Of a DNA stretch of 49,477 nucleotides, positions 10,205-18,605 are shown one piece after another. The notes below the pieces were generated by a model. It worked only from the letters and a program-made list of their open reading frames with translations, did not search any database and was not told where the DNA came from. The position numbers were made by a program, and so were the translations under genes. How positions within the stretch are numbered: the stretch's first letter is position 1; each line of letters begins with the position of its first letter. This DNA is from a virus (lineage: Duplodnaviria; Heunggongvirae; Uroviricota; Caudoviricetes), in IMG/VR virus record IMGVR_UViG_2703718798_000005; one strand, written 5' to 3'.

Positions 10205-10738
10205 ATGATTGATGCAAAAGTACTTGAAGGGGTTAAAAACTGGCTGAGTATTTACGGGCGTCTGACCTGCAGCATTCTGGCTGAAAAAATGAATATGCCG
10301 CCATCCTCGATGGTTTATTTTCTGCGTGATGCGGTCGATGCCGGGGTGCTGACGGAATGTAACGGTTTTTATGATATTCCGCGTCCCCGCCCGGTGCAGC
10401 CGGTTCGTCGCAAATGCAGCCAGGAAGGTGCGGCTGATGATGTTCAGTGGTGCAGCTTCAGAAAATCCCTGCCGTGGATTGAGGGGCATGATATTCCGTC
10501 AATGGCGTGGGAATTTGCTCAGGGCGTTCTGACCTGTGAAACCGTTTATGTGGTGGCTGAAGTTGATGAGCAGGCCATGAAAGAAGGTGTGCCCCAGTTT
10601 GTTATGGCGTATATCGACATCCGTCTGGGCGTCATTATCTGCGGTTTAAGCGGCTGGAATATCACCTCGCGCGTTCTGCGTTACCTGATTGTTGACCGGA
10701 CGGCCGCGCCTGCCGGGATATCTGCGGAGGTGGCGTAA
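10205..10738 (+). CDS. Hypothetical early/middle protein
   Basis: 177 aa ORF, tightly packed with neighbours. Confidence 0.45.
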   Translation: MIDAKVLEGVKNWLSIYGRLTCSILAEKMNMPPSSMVYFLRDAVDAGVLTECNGFYDIPRPRPVQPVRRKCSQEGAADDVQWCSFRKSLPWIEGHDIPSMAWEFAQGVLTCETVYVVAEVDEQAMKEGVPQFVMAYIDIRLGVIICGLSGWNITSRVLRYLIVDRTAAPAGISAEVA

Positions 10739-11253
10739 TGTTCTTTAAAACATCAAACCCTTCCGCGCTGGCCGCGTGGCAAAAATATCAGCAGGACTGC
10801 CAGAAAGTTAAGGATGAGGCAAAACGCCTTGAGGCCGTGCTGAATGTTGCGTGCCGGTCGGTATTTGTATCCGGTATCAGTGGCTTTTGTTTTAAAGGGC
10901 TGCGCTTTATGGATGACAAATATCCTTTTCATCGCGACTTATGGCGAAAACCGACTGCGTCGAATGGCTGGAGCTGCACACCGCGCACATCACGTATTCC
11001 CAAAGCCCTGCGCGTTGCCTCTGACGAACTTAACAGTCTGTGGCGTGAATATTCGCCCGTCACGTATGCCAGAACCGATGCCCTGTTGTTCTGGCTGGGC
11101 ATTGACTTTTCAGCAATATTGCATGGTCCCGTGAAGTGGTTCTGCGTTGACGATGTTATTTACCTTCAGTGCGAAGATGATTCCGCAAAACGGAAAATGA
11201 CCGAAATTCTGTCTGATGAGTTTTATGCTGCTGAAAAGCGAGTCAGGGGGTGA
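10738..11253 (+). CDS. Hypothetical early/middle protein
   Basis: 171 aa ORF, start overlaps the preceding stop. Confidence 0.45.
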   Translation: MFFKTSNPSALAAWQKYQQDCQKVKDEAKRLEAVLNVACRSVFVSGISGFCFKGLRFMDDKYPFHRDLWRKPTASNGWSCTPRTSRIPKALRVASDELNSLWREYSPVTYARTDALLFWLGIDFSAILHGPVKWFCVDDVIYLQCEDDSAKRKMTEILSDEFYAAEKRVRG

Positions 11254-11256
11254 TGT

Positions 11257-11808
11257 ATGATGATTTTACAACCCATGGGGCGAAAAGGCCGTGCACCCGC
11301 TCATGTCCGTGCGTGGACACCTGAAGAAGATGCACTGCTGATTGCGCTTTATCCATCCACCCCGGTTAAGGATATTGCTGTCAGGATAAAAAGAAGTTTC
11401 TGGGGTGTACATCACCGGATTGTTTTATTACGCGGTACTTACCCGGAGTTGCTCAAATGCAAACGTCCAAGATTTAAACATGATGAAGATAAATTTATCC
11501 GAAAAAATGCCAGAACAATGACCGGTAAGCAAATAGGAGAATATCTGGGGCGAGACCGGGATTCTGTCCACAATCGGGCGCGATATATTGGCGTAAGCAT
11601 GAAAAAATACGGAGAATTGCTGCCCTTCACCCGTATACCTGATGATGATGTTCGTCTTATTCGTGAATTACGGGATGCTGAATCACCACGACGTCTTACC
11701 TTCCGGGAAATAGGCGAGAAATTTGAATTATCCGAGAGTACGGTGAATTTTATTTATCACCATCGCCGGACTGCTGAAGATGTTGTATTACGGGAGTTAA
11801 TGCCATGA
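11257..11808 (+). CDS. Hypothetical protein with Myb/SANT-like and HTH-like segments (possible DNA-binding)
   Basis: 183 aa; WTPEEDALLIALY and LSESTVNFIYHHRR segments suggest DNA binding; inference only. Confidence 0.4.
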   Translation: MMILQPMGRKGRAPAHVRAWTPEEDALLIALYPSTPVKDIAVRIKRSFWGVHHRIVLLRGTYPELLKCKRPRFKHDEDKFIRKNARTMTGKQIGEYLGRDRDSVHNRARYIGVSMKKYGELLPFTRIPDDDVRLIRELRDAESPRRLTFREIGEKFELSESTVNFIYHHRRTAEDVVLRELMP

Positions 11809-12116
11809 TAACGACATTATTTGTTGAATCAGACGAGCCTCTGGTATGTGCCGCCGGAATGTCGGTTTGTGGCGGAACGCTGACCGGTGTTTATTTCGGG
11901 GATTTGCGCGGTTATCCCTGGCATTCACTGGATGACGCATTTCCGCCTGATATGGAGGCTGTCGTGCTGATTGTTCAGTATGGTGACCAACAGGAACTGC
12001 GCATCGGCCATATGGGGTATGAAGGCTTTTTTATTGATGAAGAAACCGGAGCCTGCCTTGAAGATGAGGACGGACAGGTGACGCACTGGTGCCATATTTC
12101 AGCTTTACCGGAATGA
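11805..12116 (+). CDS. Hypothetical protein
   Basis: 103 aa acidic ORF, overlapping start. Confidence 0.4.
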   Translation: MITTLFVESDEPLVCAAGMSVCGGTLTGVYFGDLRGYPWHSLDDAFPPDMEAVVLIVQYGDQQELRIGHMGYEGFFIDEETGACLEDEDGQVTHWCHISALPE

Positions 12117-12481
12117 CGGGAGGTGAATGCGTGAGAAGTTATATTGATAATGAAAAACTGAAGACAATCAGCGACTGTCTTAGCTTGCTGGCAAAAATAA
12201 AAGAAACCATTGAAGAGATTAAATTTCAGCTTGAATACGAACCCTGTGGCGATGATACATGGCGTAACTCTGCCAGAAAAGCACTGGCTGTCTTTCAGAA
12301 ACAACGCCGGACTGTTGAATACCGCCTTGCTGTATTGCGCCAGGAGGAAAAGGAAAGAAATATAAGACGTCATGAACTCGTTAATGATTTTCTTGTTCGT
12401 GAATTAAAGGAGCGTGTGCCGGAGTCGGTATTTTTTGAGTGTGAGGCTGTTGCCCGTAGCAAAGCACTGGAAACTGATTAA
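12113..12481 (+). CDS. Hypothetical coiled-coil protein (start uncertain)
   Basis: ORF track starts at 12089; internal ATG at 12113 or GTG at about 12131 follows GGGAGG. Confidence 0.4.
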   Translation: MTGGECVRSYIDNEKLKTISDCLSLLAKIKETIEEIKFQLEYEPCGDDTWRNSARKALAVFQKQRRTVEYRLAVLRQEEKERNIRRHELVNDFLVRELKERVPESVFFECEAVARSKALETD

Positions 12482-12493
12482 ACAGGCAGGTGA

Positions 12494-12829
12494 ATGATGA
12501 GTATTGAATTAAGATCGTCTTATGAATATCGTAAAATTCTCATCGCCGGAGGCATGAAACCGGAAGATGCAGAAAAAATCGTTTCTTTTATGGATAAGGA
12601 ATGTGATAAGCGGGATGTGTCAGAAATTATTATGGATGACATGATTCTGCATTCAGCCGTAGCGTTAAGCCCGTTATGGATTGTGCATTCTCTTGCTGAA
12701 ATTGCCAAAGGCACCGATAAACAGGCAGCTGTTGCTGCCCTTCAGACGCTTAATGAAATGCGTATATCTCCACGCCCGACATTAATACATATGATTCTCT
12801 CCAGTATGGAGGATAAAGCAAATGAATAG
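12494..12829 (+). CDS. Hypothetical protein
   Basis: 111 aa ORF. Confidence 0.4.
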   Translation: MMSIELRSSYEYRKILIAGGMKPEDAEKIVSFMDKECDKRDVSEIIMDDMILHSAVALSPLWIVHSLAEIAKGTDKQAAVAALQTLNEMRISPRPTLIHMILSSMEDKANE

Positions 12830-13019
12830 TCTACCCGCTGGATGGGCGCGGCCACTAATGGCCAGGAAGCATCATTTTTTTAAAACAGGCGAAAATATCA
12901 GTATATGTGGACGGTGGTTATATCTGGCTCATAATCGCGAGCCGGATACATTTGAAAGCCCTGATGACTGTGCCGAATGCCGCAGAAGAGTGAATAAGGA
13001 GAAAGATAATGGACAATAG
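12822..13019 (+). CDS. Small hypothetical protein with Cys pairs
   Basis: 65 aa; ICGRW ... CAEC could form a small zinc-binding site; weak. Confidence 0.3.
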   Translation: MNSLPAGWARPLMARKHHFFKTGENISICGRWLYLAHNREPDTFESPDDCAECRRRVNKEKDNGQ

Positions 13020-13305
13020 TTCTCTGTTGTTCTGGTGCTTATATATCACATCCTTTTTCGGCGCATTTGTTATTACCCGGTGGTTATGTCGAAAAATCAT
13101 CTGCTTTTTTGATAAAAGACATCCGGTTGAACGGGCGGCTGATGCGCTCATTCAGCAGGCCATTGTGTTATATAGCGGTGAATTTTTCTGCCGGATAACA
13201 ACCAGAGATGGCTGGCACATAATGATTATTCCACCAACACACCATGCCCGGTGGGATGAGGCAGAAAAGGCTTTCCATGTCCGTAAAAAGGTAAATACGG
13301 TATGA
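13009..13305 (+). CDS. Small hypothetical protein, predicted membrane helix
   Basis: 98 aa; hydrophobic N-terminal segment LLFWCLYITSFFGAFVI. Confidence 0.3.
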   Translation: MDNSSLLFWCLYITSFFGAFVITRWLCRKIICFFDKRHPVERAADALIQQAIVLYSGEFFCRITTRDGWHIMIIPPTHHARWDEAEKAFHVRKKVNTV

Positions 13306-13811
13306 GAGGAAAACTGATATCCGCCATTCATGTGGCAAAGCGCGAGCTTGCCCTGGATGATGAGACTTATACATCCGCGCTGCTGGCAGCCACCGGCAAA
13401 ACCAGCTGCCGGGATATGTCACCGGATGAGTTATCCCGCGTGCTGGATGTTTTCAAAAAACGCGGTTTTAAAGTGCGTCAGAACCCGGTTAACCGGGCCT
13501 TAAAACCGGGTACGGTGACCGCCAAAATTCGCGCCATCTGGAAGGTGATGCACCGGCAGGGCTTTATCACCGATGGTGCGGAAACCGCCCTTAACCGCTG
13601 GGTGAAATCGCAGACGGCCGCGCAGAACGGCAGCGAAGGTGTGGCAAACTGGCAGTGGCTGGAGCAACACCCCGCCCTGGCCTCAGATGTGCTGGAGCGT
13701 CTCAAGCGATGGCACCGCCGCAAAATGCTGGCCGCGATGGGAATGCCCGAACGCACGCTGATGGGGTATGACGCCGTTTGCAGGCAGTATGAAAAATCAC
13801 TTCCCCGTTAA
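13302..13811 (+). CDS. GemA/gp16-like protein (DUF1018 family), putative
   Basis: 169 aa; N-terminal LISAIHVAKRELALDDETYTSALLAATGKTSCRDMSPDEL pattern recalled from Mu gp16 homologs; last gene before a terminator. Confidence 0.55.
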   Translation: MRGKLISAIHVAKRELALDDETYTSALLAATGKTSCRDMSPDELSRVLDVFKKRGFKVRQNPVNRALKPGTVTAKIRAIWKVMHRQGFITDGAETALNRWVKSQTAAQNGSEGVANWQWLEQHPALASDVLERLKRWHRRKMLAAMGMPERTLMGYDAVCRQYEKSLPR

Positions 13812-13814
13812 CTC

Positions 13815-13848
13815 CAAATCCCGCCACAACGCGGGATTTTTATTTTAA
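13815..13848 (+). terminator. Rho-independent terminator after the early operon
   Basis: ATCCCGC-CACAAC-GCGGGAT hairpin followed by TTTTTATTTT. Confidence 0.55.
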
Positions 13849-13880
13849 ACTTACCGGGAACGCGAGAACCGGAGGCTGAT

Positions 13881-14306
13881 ATGGCAGAAACTCAGATGAG
13901 CATGTTTGGTGGTGACAGTGAGCAACTGCACGCCCTTATCGACCGCCTTGATGACATCCCTGATGATGTTCTCAAAAAGAACTGGCCGCGGACCCTGTCA
14001 GAACTGGTTGAAGTCACCGGCGCAGAACTTCAGCGTCAGGGGATTGAGCCGGTACTGGCCGGTAAACTGGCACGCAAGGTGGCTGCGGCTCAGGCAGCCT
14101 ATATGGGCGGACGGGGTTATTACCTGCCGGTCGGGGAATCTCTCTTTGCCGAGCTGCGAAACAATGAGATATTTTCGCGCTGGGACCGGGGCGAGAAAAT
14201 TGAATCCCTTCGCCGCCATTACCGGATGTCAGAAACCCAGATTTATACCGTCATACGTGAACAGCGCCGTCTGCATCTGGCAAGAACGCAACCGCCACTT
14301 TTCTGA
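13881..14306 (+). CDS. Mor/C-family transcriptional activator (middle/late gene activator)
   Basis: 141 aa; C-terminal HTH-like LRRHYRMSETQIYTVIREQRR; lies between the early terminator and the lysis genes as in Mu. Confidence 0.6.
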   Translation: MAETQMSMFGGDSEQLHALIDRLDDIPDDVLKKNWPRTLSELVEVTGAELQRQGIEPVLAGKLARKVAAAQAAYMGGRGYYLPVGESLFAELRNNEIFSRWDRGEKIESLRRHYRMSETQIYTVIREQRRLHLARTQPPLF

Positions 14307-14377
14307 TATTCCGCAAAGCCTGCCGCCTTTCCTTCACCGTTACGCTGACTCAGAGAACATCATGAGACAGCGTAACA

Positions 14378-14878
14378 ATGCCAAAACTCCCCGCACCACT
14401 GCGTAAAAAGCTGATTGCCCTTGTTCTGGCCGGTGCCGGGACGTTCACGATTGCCACGCATTACACCGGTTACTGGGAAGGGAAAGAAAACTCCACGTAT
14501 ATCGATCCCACCGGTACACCCACCATCTGTTACGGCCATACCGGCCCGGATGTGAAACCGGGTATGACCCTGACGGATGAAGAATGTCTGAAACTGCTGG
14601 AAAAGGACATGAAATGGGCCTTTGCGGCCATTGATCGGCGTGTTCAGGTGCCGCTTACCCGTGGTCAGACGGTGGCGCTGGCTTCGTGGATCTTCTGGGC
14701 CGGTGAAACGAACTTTCGCAACTCCACGCTTCTGCGCCTGATCAATGCCGGACAGATGCCCGCGTCCTGTAAGCAGTATATCCGCTGGATTTATTCAAAG
14801 GGGGTGAAACTTCCCGGTCTTGAGGCCCGCCGTTCGGCGGATGAATGGTTATGTCGCTACGACTTGCCGAAAGTCTGA
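14378..14878 (+). CDS. SAR-type endolysin (lysozyme, GH24-like)
   Basis: 166 aa; N-terminal weakly hydrophobic signal-anchor (LIALVLAGAGTFTIA) followed by YIDPTGTPTICYGHT lysozyme motif. Confidence 0.85.
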   Translation: MPKLPAPLRKKLIALVLAGAGTFTIATHYTGYWEGKENSTYIDPTGTPTICYGHTGPDVKPGMTLTDEECLKLLEKDMKWAFAAIDRRVQVPLTRGQTVALASWIFWAGETNFRNSTLLRLINAGQMPASCKQYIRWIYSKGVKLPGLEARRSADEWLCRYDLPKV

Positions 14879-15341
14879 ACCGCTTCTGGCGACCGCTCAT
14901 GATAGCGCTGCTGTGTGCGGTACTGCTGTTACGGGGTGTCCTGTGGCTGCGGTGAATAATGCCTTACCGGCCCTGATTGCCGGGGCGTGCATGGCGGCGC
15001 TGGGGATTATCGCTGTACTGGTTGCCGCGATATGGGGAATGCACCAGAAGACGCAGCGCCTTGAAGACAATAATCAGGTGCTTGTGCGTGAGCGGGATGA
15101 GGCGCGTCAGGTGCTGGCAAATCAGCAGCATACCCTGCAACTCATTTCACAAATCAGTGAGGCGGTCACGAATGAAAAGCAACAGAACATTCAGCACAGC
15201 GAGGAGCAGCAGAGCGTTGTCCGCCGGTCGCTGGCAGCAGTGCCTGCGGCCTCTGTCCTTGTTCCTGATGATGTGGCTGACCGGGTGCGCCGGGCCGTCT
15301 GTGAAATACGTGCCTGTGAAGCCGGTGCCGATCCCCGCTGA
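14841..15341 (+). CDS. i-spanin (Rz-like), putative; start uncertain
   Basis: TM helix (ALPALIAGACMAALGIIAVLVAAIW) followed by a Gln/Glu-rich coiled coil; overlaps the o-spanin frame. Confidence 0.5.
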   Translation: MNGYVATTCRKSEPLLATAHDSAAVCGTAVTGCPVAAVNNALPALIAGACMAALGIIAVLVAAIWGMHQKTQRLEDNNQVLVRERDEARQVLANQQHTLQLISQISEAVTNEKQQNIQHSEEQQSVVRRSLAAVPAASVLVPDDVADRVRRAVCEIRACEAGADPR

Positions 15342-15543
15342 ATGGCTGGCTGACTGCCTGGTCCCTCCTGCGCCGGAGCCGTTCACGTTTGGGGCATCGG
15401 TCACTTACAACCTGCAACTGCTGGCGGTGATCAAGAACTGCAACGTGGATAAGGCCAGTATTCGTCGTCTGGAGGCGCGGCGACAACATGAATTTACTGA
15501 TATGGCCGGAACGCCTGCTGTTCCGGCAGGAAAGACGAAGTAA
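15172..15543 (+). CDS. o-spanin (Rz1-like outer-membrane lipoprotein), putative; start may be the TTG at about 15217
   Basis: Lipobox LTGC after a hydrophobic stretch, Pro-rich mature part; starts within the 3' end of the i-spanin gene in another frame. Confidence 0.5.
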   Translation: MKSNRTFSTARSSRALSAGRWQQCLRPLSLFLMMWLTGCAGPSVKYVPVKPVPIPAEWLADCLVPPAPEPFTFGASVTYNLQLLAVIKNCNVDKASIRRLEARRQHEFTDMAGTPAVPAGKTK

Positions 15544-15553
15544 GGAAAAAGGT

Positions 15554-15781
15554 ATGGATGATTCAGATCGTGCTCAGGCTGTGATGGAGCGGGGATCAGA
15601 ACGCGCCCTTTGTAACCGGCTGACACGTAAGCGCCGGGCAATGGATGCTCCGGGCAGACGTGTCTGCGCGGACTGTGGCGGAGAGATCCCCGCCGCACGT
15701 CTTGTTGCTGTGCCGGATGCCATCCGTTGTGTGAACTGCCAGAACATCATGGAGGCCCGTCATGTGGGTCAGCATCGTTAA
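15554..15781 (+). CDS. TraR/DksA-family C4 zinc-finger protein
   Basis: Start at internal ATG 15554 (RBS AAGGAAAAAGG); CADCGGEIPAARL...RCVNCQ zinc-finger pattern. Confidence 0.7.
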   Translation: MDDSDRAQAVMERGSERALCNRLTRKRRAMDAPGRRVCADCGGEIPAARLVAVPDAIRCVNCQNIMEARHVGQHR

Positions 15782-16070
15782 AGATTATGTTGTGCCGATC
15801 CTTTCGGCGACGGCAACCGCTGGCGGGATATTCATGGCGCTGATGCGCAAAACGTTTGTCCCCCGCGAGGCCTTTGAAAAACTCTCCGACCGCGTTGAGA
15901 AGGTGGAAACCCGCCTGTCGTCACTGCCGACAGAAGCCGAGGTCAACCGTCTGAATGTGGAAATCGTGACCCTGCGGGGTGAACTGAAAACCACGAACGC
16001 CACGCTCCGCTCTGTCTCCTATCAGAACGAACTGCTGCTGGAGCAGGCTGTAAGGAAAAAAACGCAATGA
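15762..16070 (+). CDS. Small membrane protein with coiled coil (candidate lysis-associated releasin-like protein)
   Basis: 102 aa; N-terminal TM helix (VVPILSATATAGGIFMALM) then coiled coil; position downstream of endolysin and spanins. Confidence 0.4.
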   Translation: MWVSIVKDYVVPILSATATAGGIFMALMRKTFVPREAFEKLSDRVEKVETRLSSLPTEAEVNRLNVEIVTLRGELKTTNATLRSVSYQNELLLEQAVRKKTQ

Positions 16071-16357
16071 GTGATTTCATTACTGAAGATCAGCGTCTGG
16101 TCATTCTGCGGTCGCTGGCAGATTACAACGGTGAACTGGGTGAATCCGTGCTCCAGGACTGTCTGGATGATTACGGCCACCGCGTGTCCCGCGACACCGT
16201 TCACACCCACATTGCCTGGCTTGCCGAGCAGGGACTGGTGCGCAAACGCGTTCTGATTAACGGTTATTTCATCGCAGAGCTGACCGGCCGGGGGCAGGAT
16301 GTGGCGGAAGGCCGCGCCAGTGTTCCGGGTGTGAAGAAACCACGCGCAAGGGGGTAA
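16067..16357 (+). CDS. Hypothetical protein preceding terminase genes
   Basis: 96 aa ORF, translationally coupled. Confidence 0.45.
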   Translation: MSDFITEDQRLVILRSLADYNGELGESVLQDCLDDYGHRVSRDTVHTHIAWLAEQGLVRKRVLINGYFIAELTGRGQDVAEGRASVPGVKKPRARG

Positions 16358-16359
16358 CG

Positions 16360-16941
16360 ATGGACAAGCCGACGCGTGGTCGTGTACGCAAGGTGGATTT
16401 GCTCCCCGACAGCATCCGTAAGCCGCTGCTGGAAATGCTGCGTGAAAAACGTCTGACGCAGGTCCAGATCCGCGAGGAAATCAACCGTCTGATCCGCGAG
16501 GCAGGCCTGCCGGAAGAGCAGCAGCTTTCACCGGCGGCCATCAGCCGGGAAGCCTCCCGTAATGAGCTGATTGCCCGTAACCTGCGTGATTTACGCGAGC
16601 AGACAAAAGCCATGATGGCCGAACTGGGAGACAAGCCAACCGGTGAAACCACAGCGCTGATTCTGGAGATGTCCCGCGCCCTGATGTACCGCCGTCTGCG
16701 TGCCGCGACCGAATCCCTGAACAGTGACAGCGACGTGGATATGCGTCTTATTAAGGACATCCTCCTGTCAGCACAGCGTGCGGAAAGTGCCGCCGAGCGC
16801 AGCATTAAGCGTGAAAAAGAAATCCGGGCCGCATTTGCTGAAGAGATGGCAAACGCCGTCACCGACGAGCTGCGCGGCGTGGACGGGATGAGTGAACAGC
16901 TTGAGTCCCGTATTAAGGGGATTCTGTTGGGTAAAGCCTGA
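16360..16941 (+). CDS. Mu gp27-like protein (putative terminase small subunit, DUF3486-like)
   Basis: 193 aa, charged and helical, immediately upstream of the large terminase. Confidence 0.55.
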   Translation: MDKPTRGRVRKVDLLPDSIRKPLLEMLREKRLTQVQIREEINRLIREAGLPEEQQLSPAAISREASRNELIARNLRDLREQTKAMMAELGDKPTGETTALILEMSRALMYRRLRAATESLNSDSDVDMRLIKDILLSAQRAESAAERSIKREKEIRAAFAEEMANAVTDELRGVDGMSEQLESRIKGILLGKA

Positions 16942-18605
16942 TGAATAACGCCGAAGAACTCTCCCCCTTACTGACGAATACCGTCTCCACCCGCAAAATT
17001 GATCTGGCCGGTGAAAAAGCCCTGCTGGGCGTGGATGTGCCGGACAGCCTTGATTTGCCCGGTGATATGCCGGTATTTCTGGATTATCAGGCCCGCTGGT
17101 TTGAGGATGAAAGCGAGGTCTGCATCGCGGAAAAATCCCGCCGCACCGGGCTTACCTGGGCGGAAGCCGGGCGTAACGTCATTACCGCCGCAAAGCCTAA
17201 GCGGCGTGGTGGCCGCAATGTGTTTTATGTGGGGTCAAAGCAGGAGATGGCGCTGGAATATATTTCTGCCTGCGCACTGTTCTCCCGTGCCTTTAACCAG
17301 CTGGCAGATGCTGATGTGTATGAGCAGACCTTCTGGGATCGGGATAAAAAAGAAGAAATTCTGACCTACATGATCCGCTTTCCGAACAGTGGATTCAAAA
17401 TTCAGGCACTGTCTTCCCGTCCGTCAAACCTGCGCGGCCTTCAGGGGGATGTGGTGATTGATGAAGCCGCGTTCCACGAGTCACTGGATGAGCTTCTCAA
17501 GGCGGCAATGGCGCTCACCATGTGGGGCGCGCGCGTGCGTATTATCTCCACGCATAACGGCGTCGATAATCTGTTTAATCAGTACATTCAGGAAGCCCGC
17601 GAGGGGCGCAAGGATTACAGCGTCCACCGCATTACCCTGGATGATGCCATTGCGGACGGGCTGTACCGTCGTATCTGTTATGTCACCGGCCGCGAATGGT
17701 CACCGGAAAGCGAGCAGAAGTGGCGTGATGATCTCTACAAAAACGCCCCGACCCGTGAGGATGCCGACGAGGAATACGGCTGTATCCCGAAAAAATCCGG
17801 CGGTGCCTATATTCCTCACGCGCTTATTGAAATGGCGATGCTCCGCGACATCCCGATTCTGACGTTTGAAGCCCCGGACGACTTCATCAGCCGTGCCGCA
17901 TGGCTGCGTGAATCGGAGGTTTTAACCTGGTGTGAAGAACATTTAAAACCGCTTTTAGAGGCGTTAAATCCCCGTTCCCGCTTCAGCTTCGGGGAAGACT
18001 TTGCCCGCACCGGTGACCTCTCCTGCTTTGTGCTGCTGGAAATCACTGAATCCCTGGCAAAACGCGAGGTGTTTCGCGTGGAGCTGCGCAACCTGCCGTA
18101 TGCCCAGCAGGAGCAGGTGATGATGTACATCCTGACCCGCGTTCCGGCGCTGGTCGGTGCGGCGTTCGACGCCACCGGTAACGGCGGCTATCTGGCCGAA
18201 GCCGCGCTGCTGGCCTTTGGCCCGGACATCATCGACTGCGTGATGTTATCGCCGAAGTGGTACGGCGAGTGGATGCCAAAACTGAAGGCCGAGTTTGAGG
18301 ATCAGAATATCCTCGTCGCCCGCCATCAGACCACGCTTGATGATTTGCGCCATGTGAAGGTGGTGAACGGTATCCCGCAAATTGACAAGGGGCGTACGAA
18401 GGACCAGAACGCAACGGCTGTGAACGCCCGCCGCCATGGCGATTTTGCCGTGGCGCTCTGTATGGCAAACCGGGCGTCATACATGGAGGGCTTCATCCTG
18501 GATGAATCAGCCTGTCAGGCGCTGCCGGAGCGGTCGCGGGCCATGGAGGGCGGTTATCGTGATGACGATGAGGCATATCATGAATTTGATCGGGGGTGCT
18601 GGTAG
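16941..18605 (+). CDS. Terminase large subunit
   Basis: 554 aa; position and size; acidic ATPase-like motif (VVIDEAAF). Confidence 0.8.
   Translation: MNNAEELSPLLTNTVSTRKIDLAGEKALLGVDVPDSLDLPGDMPVFLDYQARWFEDESEVCIAEKSRRTGLTWAEAGRNVITAAKPKRRGGRNVFYVGSKQEMALEYISACALFSRAFNQLADADVYEQTFWDRDKKEEILTYMIRFPNSGFKIQALSSRPSNLRGLQGDVVIDEAAFHESLDELLKAAMALTMWGARVRIISTHNGVDNLFNQYIQEAREGRKDYSVHRITLDDAIADGLYRRICYVTGREWSPESEQKWRDDLYKNAPTREDADEEYGCIPKKSGGAYIPHALIEMAMLRDIPILTFEAPDDFISRAAWLRESEVLTWCEEHLKPLLEALNPRSRFSFGEDFARTGDLSCFVLLEITESLAKREVFRVELRNLPYAQQEQVMMYILTRVPALVGAAFDATGNGGYLAEAALLAFGPDIIDCVMLSPKWYGEWMPKLKAEFEDQNILVARHQTTLDDLRHVKVVNGIPQIDKGRTKDQNATAVNARRHGDFAVALCMANRASYMEGFILDESACQALPERSRAMEGGYRDDDEAYHEFDRGCW

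Noticed and set aside
14820-14955. 5' extension of the i-spanin ORF given by the ORF track
   Set aside because: Overlaps the endolysin 3' end in another frame by about 60 nt; a later start closer to the TM helix is more plausible, though the exact start is unresolved.
16269-16862. 197 aa Arg/Ser-rich minus-strand ORF
   Set aside because: Entirely antisense to the gp27-like gene in a unidirectional late operon; composition typical of GC-rich antisense frames.
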